Virus record (IMG/VR): IMGVR_UViG_3300020577_002562 | Location: 32,001 to 96,000 of that record | Reading direction: 5' to 3' (one strand) | DNA: 64,000 nt | Source: a virus | Taxonomy: Duplodnaviria > Caudoviricetes | Shown here: positions 26,724 through 35,599 of the stretch, in pieces | How positions within the stretch are numbered: position 1 is the first letter of the stretch | Layout: each line of letters starts with the position of its first letter | Program-made: the position numbers and the translations under genes | The notes under the pieces: model-generated | The model's input: the letters and a program-made list of their open reading frames with translations, nothing else | The model's database searches: none | Told to the model about the DNA's origin: nothing

Positions 26724-27376
26724 TCCAACCTCCAACCTTTCAAGTTAGCCAAACTCACGGCTGCTGTTTTCATCACCGTGTATGTGGTGACGCGATCCGG
26801 CCTGTGCTCCCAATGCGTCAACGCTTTAGACAGTGGCCTCCAGAGACACCCAGCTCCTATGTAGGCTACGTTATCCACGCAAGCTAGAACTTTCCTGTAG
26901 CCATCGTAGAAACCTAGATCCAGCGGTTCCTTGCAACCGTTCCCTAGCGTGCAACCGTTCCCTAGCGTGCAACCGTTCCCTAGCGTGCAACCGTTCCCTA
27001 GCGCGCAACCGGCCCCTAGCGTGCAATCAGCCCCTAGCGTGCAATCATCCCCTAGCGCGCAACCGTTCCATAGCGTGCAACCGTTCCCTAGCGTGCAACC
27101 GTTCCCTAGCGCGCAACGGTTCTCTAGCGTGCAACCGGCCCCTAGCGTGCAATAGTTCTCTAGCGTGCAACCGGCCCCTAGCGTGCAACCGGCCCCTAGC
27201 GTGCAATAGTTCTCTAGCGCGCAACGGTTCTCTAGCGTGCAACCGCTCCCTAGCTTGCAGCCGGAACCGACTATCAGCTTACTTCCAGCTCTTACCCATG
27301 GGAGACCAGAAGGGGCAATACGCCACCCATGTACATCAGTATCCCATGACTTAACAACTTCTGACAAATCGATCAT
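26720..27376 (-). CDS. hexapeptide-repeat (left-handed beta-helix-like) protein
   Basis: About 18 L-[GE]-x-x-C-[TA] repeats plus a C-terminal IGAGC cap domain. Confidence 0.8.
   Translation of the reverse strand: MIDLSEVVKSWDTDVHGWRIAPSGLPWVRAGSKLIVGSGCKLGSGCTLENRCALENYCTLGAGCTLGAGCTLENYCTLGAGCTLENRCALGNGCTLGNGCTLWNGCALGDDCTLGADCTLGAGCALGNGCTLGNGCTLGNGCTLGNGCKEPLDLGFYDGYRKVLACVDNVAYIGAGCLWRPLSKALTHWEHRPDRVTTYTVMKTAAVSLANLKGWRLE
26931..27258. repeat. 18-bp tandem repeat array (consensus TAGCGTGCAACCGTTCCC), about 18 copies
   Basis: Directly visible; encodes the hexapeptide repeats. Confidence 0.9.
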
Positions 27377-27387
27377 GCTTAAGTCCT

Positions 27388-27822
27388 CTATAGCAGTCTG
27401 ACGATGTTCTTCAGCATCAAAGCCAGTTCGACAGTCCCATCGGCCGGCTTAGTGGCTCCTGACTCCAGCCGCTCTATCAACTCCTCGATTTTGGCGGGCA
27501 GCATTTCCAAGTGGCTAGCTCCAATCTCTACTTTACCGAGTCGCTTCCTGGATTTCTCGTCCAGCGTGAAGCTTCCAGTAACCACGATGTAGTGACCTAT
27601 CTTCTTGAACTTGAGCCGGCCGCTCTTGACCAACTCGCGTGCAGGAGAACGGGACACCACCATCCAGTCGGAATTCGGATCTTGAATCCGCCACTTGAAG
27701 TCTTCATCATTGCGGGAGAAGGTCCGTTTGAACCACTCCTTCTTCACCTTCACGGATAGACCGCTCGCCAGCTTTGAATCTATGTTGATCTTGCGGCAAA
27801 GCCGATCAATAACTTCGGCCAT
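27388..27822 (-). CDS. hypothetical protein
   Basis: ORF in minus-strand operon. Confidence 0.6.
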   Translation of the reverse strand: MAEVIDRLCRKINIDSKLASGLSVKVKKEWFKRTFSRNDEDFKWRIQDPNSDWMVVSRSPARELVKSGRLKFKKIGHYIVVTGSFTLDEKSRKRLGKVEIGASHLEMLPAKIEELIERLESGATKPADGTVELALMLKNIVRLL

Positions 27823-27890
27823 TACTTACGCTCGAAGTAGGTGAAACCTAGAATGTGGAGCGTGGTCTTCGCATTTACCTTGATTTTCAT
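27822..27890 (-). CDS. 22-aa micropeptide MKIKVNAKTTLHILGFTYFERK
   Basis: GGAG RBS upstream; TAATG stop/start overlap with the next gene. Confidence 0.5.
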   Translation of the reverse strand: MKIKVNAKTTLHILGFTYFERK

Positions 27891-27910
27891 GTTCAACTCC
27901 GCTCAGTTGA

Positions 27911-28372
27911 CTAACGCTTGTGCCCCAGAAGGATGTCTACAATTCCAAGTATCTTGCTGCCTAGTTTTTCAATCTCGAAGGCATCGTCATCATCCATATT
28001 GCGGAGGACTGGGTCCAAAGTATTGAGCAGCAGTTGCTGCTGGTAAGGTGATAGATTATTGCTCCCCTCTTCGTAAAGCTTCTCTCTAGCGGCCTCTAGA
28101 TTCTGCTCGTACTTCAATCTCACCGAATATAGGCGTGCCGCTAACTCGACAAAGCTCCTCAAGTCTGGCGTTATTTCGACCCCAGCACCACGAAGCCGGG
28201 CGTAGACTCCTTCATGTAGCTCGCTGCCCGTATCAATATCAAGATGATCCGGTCGGATCAGCTTCATGATGCTGACCATTGTGTGTTCTGTGAACGGCCC
28301 GCATCCAAGAGCCATTTTCTTGGCGGTCTTGGGCTCGGTGTGTCTTGTCGTCTTCACTTGCTTTTGATCCAT
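27911..28372 (-). CDS. hypothetical protein
   Basis: ORF in operon. Confidence 0.55.
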   Translation of the reverse strand: MDQKQVKTTRHTEPKTAKKMALGCGPFTEHTMVSIMKLIRPDHLDIDTGSELHEGVYARLRGAGVEITPDLRSFVELAARLYSVRLKYEQNLEAAREKLYEEGSNNLSPYQQQLLLNTLDPVLRNMDDDDAFEIEKLGSKILGIVDILLGHKR

Positions 28373-28623
28373 GCTTGCCTCGCTTGTTTGGCTAGTTTCA
28401 ATGCTGGTTCGCGCCGCAGTTTATCCTTGGCTTGATGGAGTAGCCACCACCCATCGAATGCTTGGCGCGGCAGACCAACTTCCGCCCAGTCCACCCGGTC
28501 CAGCACTGCTGGCAGCTTGGCACCCAACTGCGTGACAATGCCGCACAGCAATGCTTCGATTTGGTCCTTACTCAAGTCGAATGGACGCTCTGACCAGTTA
28601 CTTGGTAGCTTTGCTCTTGGCAT
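28354..28623 (-). CDS. hypothetical protein
   Basis: ORF in operon. Confidence 0.55.
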   Translation of the reverse strand: MPRAKLPSNWSERPFDLSKDQIEALLCGIVTQLGAKLPAVLDRVDWAEVGLPRQAFDGWWLLHQAKDKLRREPALKLAKQARQAWIKSK

Positions 28624-29011
28624 GCTTTGCCTTCTTGAGTGATTTTGCCTTCAGCAGCAAACGCATCAACTCTTTCTGCGCCCGAGAGTCGGACAACAGC
28701 TTGAGTTCCTTTGCGTCTAGAGCTTCCACTCCCTGGTTTACCACTTTGGCAGCCACTTCGCGGTATGGGGCGGCTTCGATGCGGCGTCGCTTCCTCTCTT
28801 TCACTTCTTGCGCGTAGGCGGTACGTGCAGAGACTAGTCGTTTGTCGATTCGAGCGTTCAACCAAAGGGGTGCACGCTCCTTGACAGCATCGAGCCCGCC
28901 GTTCTTGACCAGTACGGCTAGTAGTCCACCTAAGGTGATCTTTAACGACTTGATTTGATCCATGTGTCGCATCTCTGTGGCACTCGGATAACCATCACTT
29001 GAACATGGCAT
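28598..29011 (-). CDS. hypothetical basic protein
   Basis: GGAG RBS. Confidence 0.6.
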   Translation of the reverse strand: MPCSSDGYPSATEMRHMDQIKSLKITLGGLLAVLVKNGGLDAVKERAPLWLNARIDKRLVSARTAYAQEVKERKRRRIEAAPYREVAAKVVNQGVEALDAKELKLLSDSRAQKELMRLLLKAKSLKKAKHAKSKATK

Positions 29012-29087
29012 GGTGTTCTCCTATTTTCTACGCGAGTCGCGTCAACAACTCGACCTCAGCTTGCAAAGCGTCAGTCATTTGGTCTTA

Positions 29088-29396
29088 TCAGTTGAACGTG
29101 GCAGCCCACGCTTCGGCCACAGACTTGCCGCGACCCGTCAGTTGCTTGGACTTCGGACCCCAGCTCAGAGTGGTCTTGCATACGACCTTGTCGCCACGGA
29201 TCAGGAAGATGCTGTGGAAAGAACGGTCCTTGGTGGTGACTTCCAGCGGCTGCTCCTTGGACTCGCCACGGCGGAATTGCAGAGCGACAACGTGACGGCC
29301 GATTTGTGCATGGCGCAGAACTCGGCCCCAGTGGTTGGCAGCGATGGCCTGATGAATGGAACGAACTTCGGAATTGATGGATTGGGTCTTGCTCAT
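29088..29396 (-). CDS. hypothetical protein
   Basis: GAGG RBS. Confidence 0.55.
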   Translation of the reverse strand: MSKTQSINSEVRSIHQAIAANHWGRVLRHAQIGRHVVALQFRRGESKEQPLEVTTKDRSFHSIFLIRGDKVVCKTTLSWGPKSKQLTGRGKSVAEAWAATFN

Positions 29397-29432
29397 GGTG
29401 CTTCTACCTCTATGGGTTGGATGAGATCGGCT

Positions 29433-29777
29433 TTAACGTCGCATCTTTGCGACTTCTTCAGCCTCAGTTGGTGAAAAGATCGGTACCAGATTGCTCTTGT
29501 GCATCACAGCGACTCCGAGTACCTTGGTGCCCGTGTAGACCGGACTCTTTGGTGGTGCGGTCGATCCCGCATCCATCCGTTGTGGTAACGCAGTAACAGT
29601 ATCTGAGACAGTCGAGTCTTCTACGCCGAGGTCGGCTAGAGACAGGGCTGATGGAATGGTGGTTGGTTCTGTGGGTCGTGTCGAACTAAAGCGCCAACTG
29701 TCCCACTTCTTGTTCAGTTTGGCCCAGTTGGCTTGAGCTTCGCGTATTCTTTCGTCCCGGTTCTTCTTTGAGGTCAT
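29433..29777 (-). CDS. conserved phage hypothetical protein
   Basis: C-terminal YTG...GVAVMHKSNLVPIF...A...AKMRR motif, recognised from large myophages. Confidence 0.65.
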   Translation of the reverse strand: MTSKKNRDERIREAQANWAKLNKKWDSWRFSSTRPTEPTTIPSALSLADLGVEDSTVSDTVTALPQRMDAGSTAPPKSPVYTGTKVLGVAVMHKSNLVPIFSPTEAEEVAKMRR

Positions 29778-29811
29778 CTTCGCTCCATTCGTCATCGTCA
29801 TCGTCCACATC

Positions 29812-30015
29812 TCACAAGTCATTACCTCTATCAGACTGCTTTTGCAAGATACGGTGTGCTATCCTCTTCAGAGGACTCCGACAGTAAGAGCACGACAAGG
29901 CGTCTGATTGGTGAGGAGCTCCACATGAGGCGCAATGAGTTGGCGCTTGCTCAAGTTTTTCTTGAGCGGTTTGCGATTTCACGGTTACCCGCAGATATGA
30001 AAGCTGAATTCCCAT
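29812..30015 (-). CDS. small zinc-ribbon protein
   Basis: CASCGAP...CSYC. Confidence 0.55.
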   Translation of the reverse strand: MGIQLSYLRVTVKSQTAQEKLEQAPTHCASCGAPHQSDALSCSYCRSPLKRIAHRILQKQSDRGNDL

Positions 30016-30022
30016 CGCTGTT

Positions 30023-30337
30023 CTACCGTTGCCAGCGCACGAGGACTTCCTCTCGGCTGTGTGGTGGATTGCGGTGGATTACCGACAAGGTCCCGTGACT
30101 AGGGATCGCCCACGTAGTCTGGCGGAAATGTAGACTTTGACCGCCCCACTTCGGTTCGCGGCCAACCCACTTGCGGAGTTTTTCTCTCACCTCATCCACT
30201 TTCGGGCGCAAAACACGAATTTCCAGGATGAAGGGGTTCATCTTGACGGCAGGGAATTCATTGCTGACTTCAATGCCCAGTCTCTTGAGTGCTTTGATGG
30301 CAACCTCGACATCGGGCAGGTCATATGAGGTACTCAT
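30023..30337 (-). CDS. hypothetical protein
   Basis: First ORF downstream of a sigma70-like promoter. Confidence 0.6.
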   Translation of the reverse strand: MSTSYDLPDVEVAIKALKRLGIEVSNEFPAVKMNPFILEIRVLRPKVDEVREKLRKWVGREPKWGGQSLHFRQTTWAIPSHGTLSVIHRNPPHSREEVLVRWQR

Positions 30338-30423
30338 GTGCTAGTCTCAGAGTTGATCGGTTGGAAAATGGTTCCAGTTTCTATGCGGATCGGGAGCTTC
30401 TCTCCGAGTCTGTCCGCAACTTC

Positions 30424-30452
30424 ATTTTACCACGTTTTCTGCGCCGCGTCAA
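30424..30452 (-). promoter_or_regulatory. sigma70-type early promoter TTGACG-17-TAAAAT (extended -10)
   Basis: Reverse complement TTGACG cggcgcagaaaacgtgg TAAAAT, in an intergenic gap. Confidence 0.8.
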
Positions 30453-30497
30453 GCGCAAATTGACGCTAGCTGACAAATGTAACAGCGCAGGAAATCG

Positions 30498-30860
30498 TTA
30501 GCTAGCGCCAGCTCCAGCGGCCCCTGTGTCCTTGACATCTTGTACCGGAAGCGGCCATGTGCCATCGCTCTTCAGAAATGTTGAGATGTCATCGACGCGC
30601 AGAGTCTCTGAAGTCGGAACGAATACCTCGGCACCGACCAGTTCGTATAGATACACGATAGGAGTGCGGCTGTTCGCCACTTGCTTCTTCAGTGTCCGCA
30701 CAGCCTCTTCTCGTGAGGTGGCAGGGAATCGTTCCAGCCCACCACCGCCGGCACGTAACACGGCGAACATGGTTGGCGGCGTCTTGTTGATCGACTGAGA
30801 AGCAGGCGCTGCTGTCGGTACTTCTGCATCTAGCACAGGTGGTTGTGTATCCATGCTCAT
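30498..30860 (-). CDS. hypothetical protein
   Basis: Coupled ORF. Confidence 0.6.
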   Translation of the reverse strand: MSMDTQPPVLDAEVPTAAPASQSINKTPPTMFAVLRAGGGGLERFPATSREEAVRTLKKQVANSRTPIVYLYELVGAEVFVPTSETLRVDDISTFLKSDGTWPLPVQDVKDTGAAGAGAS

Positions 30861-31561
30861 TTCAGGTGACTCGCTTTCAGGGAGTTGACTGCTTCCATTA
30901 CGCCGGTGATTCCGTTGACCCTAAAGAACTTGAGCGCAGACCGCTTCATCTGGTCAATGATGGGTGGACTCGTTCCGTGCATACATGCCACGCACAACTG
31001 ACCTTGGGCACGCTTCTCCAAGTCGGCTGTCGCTTCGTTAGCCTCCAACCAGACCAGCTTGATGTCTGGGTACTTCTTCTGAACTGCCGTTGTCAGTATC
31101 GTTCGATCCTTATGGTGGATACCGGCGATCAGAATCCGATGCCGTGGCGTGGGCTTCGCAACGGCTATTGCTTTGACTTGTTCGCGTACCTGTTGACGAC
31201 GTATCTGGTGGTTGGCCTTGGAAACGGCGCGAGTTTCTTCTTTGCTTCGCTCCATTTGATCATAAGCCGCCTTCCACTTCTTGAGCAAGACCACCGAGTT
31301 CTCGACCGTATCGAGTTCCGGGAAGCCAGGGATGCGAAGCGTGGCTCCGATCTTGTCCAAGATGGTGGCGAACCGTTCGATCTCCTTCTTGGAGCAGAAA
31401 GCACGACGCCGGTCTTTTGGCAGTACCGTCTGCATCACGTCCCAGTTCAGACTGACGAAGGATGGAGTCGATGGGGTGGTTTCGCGCCACAGCTTGATCA
31501 TACGTTCTTGAACCAGCGCGTGCTCTTCCTCATCCCACTTGATGTACTTGCGAGTTGTCAT
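30857..31561 (-). CDS. hypothetical protein
   Basis: N-terminal KWDEEE helix; C-terminal Rossmann-like segment. Confidence 0.6.
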   Translation of the reverse strand: MTTRKYIKWDEEEHALVQERMIKLWRETTPSTPSFVSLNWDVMQTVLPKDRRRAFCSKKEIERFATILDKIGATLRIPGFPELDTVENSVVLLKKWKAAYDQMERSKEETRAVSKANHQIRRQQVREQVKAIAVAKPTPRHRILIAGIHHKDRTILTTAVQKKYPDIKLVWLEANEATADLEKRAQGQLCVACMHGTSPPIIDQMKRSALKFFRVNGITGVMEAVNSLKASHLK

Positions 31562-31566
31562 GATGG

Positions 31567-31872
31567 TTACTTGTCCTTGAAAACAGAATCAGACTTGCGC
31601 ATCAAACGCTCATGCCGCCGCGCCATTTCGTCGAAGTACCGTGAGTTCTTGTCGAAGGTATCCTCCATAGACGGCCAGAGATTGAAGCGCTGTTTCTCCT
31701 CGTTGGTCAATGGTCGGGTAGTTGTCGTTGTGGTTGTTGTCTCGGGAGCCGCTCCGGGCTCCGTCTTCTCGTAGCTCACGGCCATCTGTCCTGTAAACAA
31801 GCAACGTATTGCTCTGGCGAGAATGGTCAGGCGGCCGCGCCAAGTTGATACTTTTAGATTGAGTGTGGTCAT
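31567..31872 (-). CDS. hypothetical protein
   Basis: GGAG RBS before MTTLNLK. Confidence 0.55.
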   Translation of the reverse strand: MTTLNLKVSTWRGRLTILARAIRCLFTGQMAVSYEKTEPGAAPETTTTTTTTRPLTNEEKQRFNLWPSMEDTFDKNSRYFDEMARRHERLMRKSDSVFKDK

Positions 31873-32297
31873 GTGGTCTCCGTGCGAAGTTTTCCTCTCG
31901 GATTGACTAGAGTCAATGCTTTCCTGGTCCGCCGCGCGTAGCGAATGGTTGCCCACGTACCGGACCGTAGCACTTCGTCTGCCGTGAATGGTGTTGCGAT
32001 CAGTAGATCGCACGCATCGACGATCACTCGGTTGCGCTCTAGAGGAGACAACTCTGCTAGCTTACGAAAATAGCCTGACAGCAGCGCCTTCTTGCTTGCA
32101 GCAACCCCACTAGCCGGGTGAACGATGATCGGCAGATCGCCATGCTCGATTAACCACAACTCATGCATCTGTTCATCTGCCCCGACACAGCCGCCATGAT
32201 GAAGCTCAGAATATTTGCGGGTGCGCAGAAGTCGTCTTACAGCGATGTGCTGATCTTTGGTCATTCCGGCCTGTGTTCCCGTGAATCCGACGATCAT
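31869..32297 (-). CDS. SLOG-superfamily (YspA/DprA-like) nucleotide-binding protein
   Basis: IVGFTGT, HGGCVGAD, PLERN..IV...D.LIA, SGTWATIRYA. Confidence 0.75.
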   Translation of the reverse strand: MIVGFTGTQAGMTKDQHIAVRRLLRTRKYSELHHGGCVGADEQMHELWLIEHGDLPIIVHPASGVAASKKALLSGYFRKLAELSPLERNRVIVDACDLLIATPFTADEVLRSGTWATIRYARRTRKALTLVNPRGKLRTETT

Positions 32298-32737
32298 GTC
32301 GCTTTCTCCTGCAGAAACGGTACCCACTCTTCCGGCACACTGCAATTGGTGCCAACACCCTTGAACATCGGAGCGATGTCTGAGTCACTGTACCCAGCAA
32401 GACCACAACCGACTCGCGTGATCCAGAAACGGTACTGTGGGTTGTTCTGCGTGTACTTGACGAACGTCGTCACATCCACTTGAATGTCCTTCAGGGATCG
32501 CGTTTCGATCCGCTTGTCCTTGGTCGGAATGCCGTAGCTGCGGCCAGTAGAGAAGCCAGAGGCTTGCGTGAACCCCATCAAACCACGAGCACGCCCCATT
32601 TGTGCTCCGTAGTTCTTGTAGGCTTCCAACGCAGCGCCGCCACCGTGGCGACCAGCCAGGTTTGATCCGAAGACGAAGATCCACGATTTGTCAGGTGCGA
32701 CGCCGTCCTTGTGGACTTGAAATGCAAGCTCGGTCAC
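32294..32737 (-). CDS. macro-domain-like phage protein (IFVFGSN..G.HG.GAA family)
   Basis: IFVFGSNLAGRHGGGAA, SYGIPTK, F.ITRVGCGLAGY....IAPMF; GGAGG plus GTG start. Confidence 0.75.
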   Translation of the reverse strand: MTELAFQVHKDGVAPDKSWIFVFGSNLAGRHGGGAALEAYKNYGAQMGRARGLMGFTQASGFSTGRSYGIPTKDKRIETRSLKDIQVDVTTFVKYTQNNPQYRFWITRVGCGLAGYSDSDIAPMFKGVGTNCSVPEEWVPFLQEKAT

Positions 32738-32949
32738 GTTGGTACCTCCGATTGTCCCGGAACACCGTGGATCTTTTCGATCTGGCAGATGCGCAAGACG
32801 CACACGCTGTTGACGTTGACCCACAAGACCTTGTCTTTCGCAGAGTATGAAACTCCTACGTATGCCGCGCCTGTGATGTCTAGATGGTTGTCTGCCAGTG
32901 CGTCGAACTGGGCTCTGTTGGCCGGATCATTGGCTTGTAGGTACTTCAT
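32734..32949 (-). CDS. hypothetical protein
   Basis: Coupled ORF. Confidence 0.5.
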   Translation of the reverse strand: MKYLQANDPANRAQFDALADNHLDITGAAYVGVSYSAKDKVLWVNVNSVCVLRICQIEKIHGVPGQSEVPT

Positions 32950-33286
32950 TTGCTGTCCTTTGAAAGCGGTTGCGCAGTTCTTGGATTGCCTCTTGGACCA
33001 AGGATTGCGTCACTTGACTGTGACCTTCGGTACGAACCCGAGCAAGCAGCTGCCTTATTTCTGCGCGGCGTTGGTACTCGGGCTTTCGGTGCAGCCAACC
33101 CGGAGTGTGGTTGCTTGCATAGATTTCGGCTGCGTTGATTGGTAGCCAGTTGACAGGCCGGATCGTTTGGCCGCGCACATCGTGAGTCTGGGTGATGTAA
33201 GACATCGCCAATTCTTGTGTGCTCCCGCGAGTGATGTGGTAGTAGCGACCGTCGTCGAACATGAAAAGCGGATAGAGTTGAGGCAT
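32927..33286 (-). CDS. hypothetical protein
   Basis: ORF in operon. Confidence 0.5.
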   Translation of the reverse strand: MPQLYPLFMFDDGRYYHITRGSTQELAMSYITQTHDVRGQTIRPVNWLPINAAEIYASNHTPGWLHRKPEYQRRAEIRQLLARVRTEGHSQVTQSLVQEAIQELRNRFQRTANEVPTSQ

Positions 33287-33291
33287 GTGGT

Positions 33292-33513
33292 TTACTCGAT
33301 GAGTTCGGCCAGTAGTTGTTCTGCCATGTCCCAGAACAGCCGATTGACCTTGAAGACTGGATCCCCTAGCTCAGGAAGAGCATCGATAGCGGCTTTCCAC
33401 TCCAGCATAAACTTCTCACCCGCAGGAACTTCCTTCACAGCATCGTTCCAAGCCCGTAACATTTCTCGTTGCACGGCACGGCGCTGCGATACAGTTGCAG
33501 TCAGCAGACTCAT
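33292..33513 (-). CDS. hypothetical protein
   Basis: Coupled ORF. Confidence 0.5.
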   Translation of the reverse strand: MSLLTATVSQRRAVQREMLRAWNDAVKEVPAGEKFMLEWKAAIDALPELGDPVFKVNRLFWDMAEQLLAELIE

Positions 33514-34055
33514 ACTTTACCGTTCAGGGTTTGTTCGATGAGTTCAAAGCCACGGGCCGTTGCGCATGAGAAAGGCCGGTCGTGGTGAATTCCTTGATGG
33601 TAGCACGCAGCTGCCTGCGCAATTTCACACCGCGTTCTGTACGGACAAACGGTGTTCGCCGGGATCTTGCCGTCGATTAGTTCGGTGTGGGCAGACTGCG
33701 GATCATTCGGCACATTCGGCACATTCGGCACATTCGGTACTGTCTGGTCTGCTGCCTGATCCATGTCGATGGCCGAATACATCTTCAGATCATCGACGCG
33801 CCGGGAGCGCCAGCCGCAGCCGTCCGGGCCGGGCACGAACAGTCCAGAGTCGCGTAGACGAACGTACCGGTCAGCGTTCTTGCGCGTTTCGGCCTGCTTG
33901 TCTTCGAAGGCATCACGGCTCTCCGTAGATAGAAGAGCAGCTATTGCTTTTTCGTAGGAGCCATACCTGTCCAGCGCATCACTACAGTCTCGCAGACCCA
34001 TACCAGTTGCAGCACGCAGCGCCTTGAGATCTATCGCACGTTGTTGCATAATCAC
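33510..34055 (-). CDS. protein with N-terminal EF-Ts-like (UBA-like) domain and C-terminal Cys/His domain
   Basis: LKALRAATGMGLRDCSDAL....YEKAI..L; VPN x3 linker; CPY...C......C.H...H...SC. Confidence 0.6.
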   Translation of the reverse strand: MIMQQRAIDLKALRAATGMGLRDCSDALDRYGSYEKAIAALLSTESRDAFEDKQAETRKNADRYVRLRDSGLFVPGPDGCGWRSRRVDDLKMYSAIDMDQAADQTVPNVPNVPNVPNDPQSAHTELIDGKIPANTVCPYRTRCEIAQAAACYHQGIHHDRPFSCATARGFELIEQTLNGKV

Positions 34056-34690
34056 TCCTCGGTGATGGTGAAATTGAACTTGACCTTCTTGACCGACTTG
34101 ATCGTGTCGAGGTAGCGGTGGTTCTCGTCCACGTAGGGACCGCGTTCGACGCGAACGAACTGGATTAGGTTGTCGGCAAACAGCGGCCGACCCATACGAC
34201 CCTGTACATCAGCGGCGATGGCGGCGATGGGCGGTTTCCTCAGATGCTTCGGCAGTTCGTCGAAGTTATAGCAATGGTGAGCCGCTTCGATATAGACCTC
34301 GAAGAGCTTGCGCTGTACTCCATCTTGGCGCCAGCAACTGTCGTGGTTGCTCGTGTTCTCGAACAGGCCGACGGGAACGTCTTCGAGTCGACCTGCGTCC
34401 GAAACAGCTACGTAGACCCGTCTGCCGGACAGGACAATGTAGTGCAGAAACTTGCGGTAGTGACGTTCCAACTCTGGACGACGGGTATGGCCGTCGTTCT
34501 CGTATCCGTAGTTGTCACAGGTCACTTCGACAGGGAAGTACATACCTAGCGTTCTGTCACGGATGAATGGATTGTCGATTCGGTCGAGCAGGGTACGGCC
34601 CTCGAAGTTGCCGTAGATGGGGTTCATTTCACGGAACTGCTCGAACAGTGCGACGATGATGGCGGACGGGTCAACGATATGAGTGCTCAT
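34052..34690 (-). CDS. hypothetical protein
   Basis: GAGGTG RBS before MSTHIV. Confidence 0.6.
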   Translation of the reverse strand: MSTHIVDPSAIIVALFEQFREMNPIYGNFEGRTLLDRIDNPFIRDRTLGMYFPVEVTCDNYGYENDGHTRRPELERHYRKFLHYIVLSGRRVYVAVSDAGRLEDVPVGLFENTSNHDSCWRQDGVQRKLFEVYIEAAHHCYNFDELPKHLRKPPIAAIAADVQGRMGRPLFADNLIQFVRVERGPYVDENHRYLDTIKSVKKVKFNFTITEE

Positions 34691-34700
34691 GTGATTCACC

Positions 34701-35132
34701 TCAGTAGAAATCGGAACGGAGGACAGTGCCCTTATCGACACCGTTCTGGGCAGCTCGATCTAGCGCGATGGGCAGAGCTGTCATCTGGCCCGCACGGCGT
34801 AAGGTCCAACCCACACCATCAGAAGCGGGAGTGAACAAACTGCTGTTCGTATCCACCAGCATGTTGTAGAACTCGATCTTCCAGATGTCACCCGGCTTTG
34901 GCAGCCGTTTCGGAGCCTCTTCCAGCTTCTTAGGGAACCATCTGATCAGAGTGGACTGCTTGTACTTGGTGAAGGCCACCGTGTTGGCGACGACGAACAT
35001 AATGTCACCGTCCTGATCGACTTTCCAGGTGAATAGCCACAGATTCCAGAAGCGCCACCAGCCCCCGGCCCAGGCACCAGCGAGTTGCCAACGCAGTTGG
35101 CTGAGGCGTGAACGCAAAGTCCAATAGTTCAT
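34701..35132 (-). CDS. hypothetical protein
   Basis: GGAG RBS before MNYW. Confidence 0.55.
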   Translation of the reverse strand: MNYWTLRSRLSQLRWQLAGAWAGGWWRFWNLWLFTWKVDQDGDIMFVVANTVAFTKYKQSTLIRWFPKKLEEAPKRLPKPGDIWKIEFYNMLVDTNSSLFTPASDGVGWTLRRAGQMTALPIALDRAAQNGVDKGTVLRSDFY

Positions 35133-35599
35133 TTGAGGCTCTCCTTGCTCCGTTCGTTGATCCACGAGTCCAGTGTTCCATCTTGTTTACGCCGACGGAT
35201 CTCACCCTTGCTGACGTTGAACTTGGTAGCCAGTTGGGCCACGGTGCCCAGCGGGTGTTGTTGGTTGTGTTGCAGAAACTCGGTTTGCAGTTGCAGCCGT
35301 AGCGCCTCTTGTTGAAGAATCCGTCGGTTGCGCTCCTCCTCGTCAGCTTGCTCGAAGATCCCCTGCACAGCTTGGCGGATGCGCTCTTTCACGACCTCCA
35401 CCGTGGTGTTGCCGAAGGGACCGCTGATGTCAGGGTTCATCGCCAGTAGCGCTCGGATGTCGTCATCGAAACGACCTGTCAGAACGTGCATCGACATCTC
35501 GACGTCCTGCTTGTCTGCCACGCCTAGGCAGAACTTGCCGACGCAGCCGAGTACGGTCAGCCCCATCAACGGACTTGGAGTCTTCACTTGGTCTGTCAT
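35129..35599 (-). CDS. hypothetical protein with C-terminal HTH-like segment
   Basis: TVAQLATKFNVSKGEIRRRK. Confidence 0.55.
   Translation of the reverse strand: MTDQVKTPSPLMGLTVLGCVGKFCLGVADKQDVEMSMHVLTGRFDDDIRALLAMNPDISGPFGNTTVEVVKERIRQAVQGIFEQADEEERNRRILQQEALRLQLQTEFLQHNQQHPLGTVAQLATKFNVSKGEIRRRKQDGTLDSWINERSKESLK

Noticed and set aside
26931-27258. Possible CRISPR array
   Set aside because: Contiguous 18-bp units without unique spacers; in-frame coding repeat
29770-29822. TGA read-through giving an acidic DVDDDDDEWSEDD tail on the Zn-ribbon ORF
   Set aside because: Single weak instance overlapping the next gene; could be a recent nonsense mutation or chance
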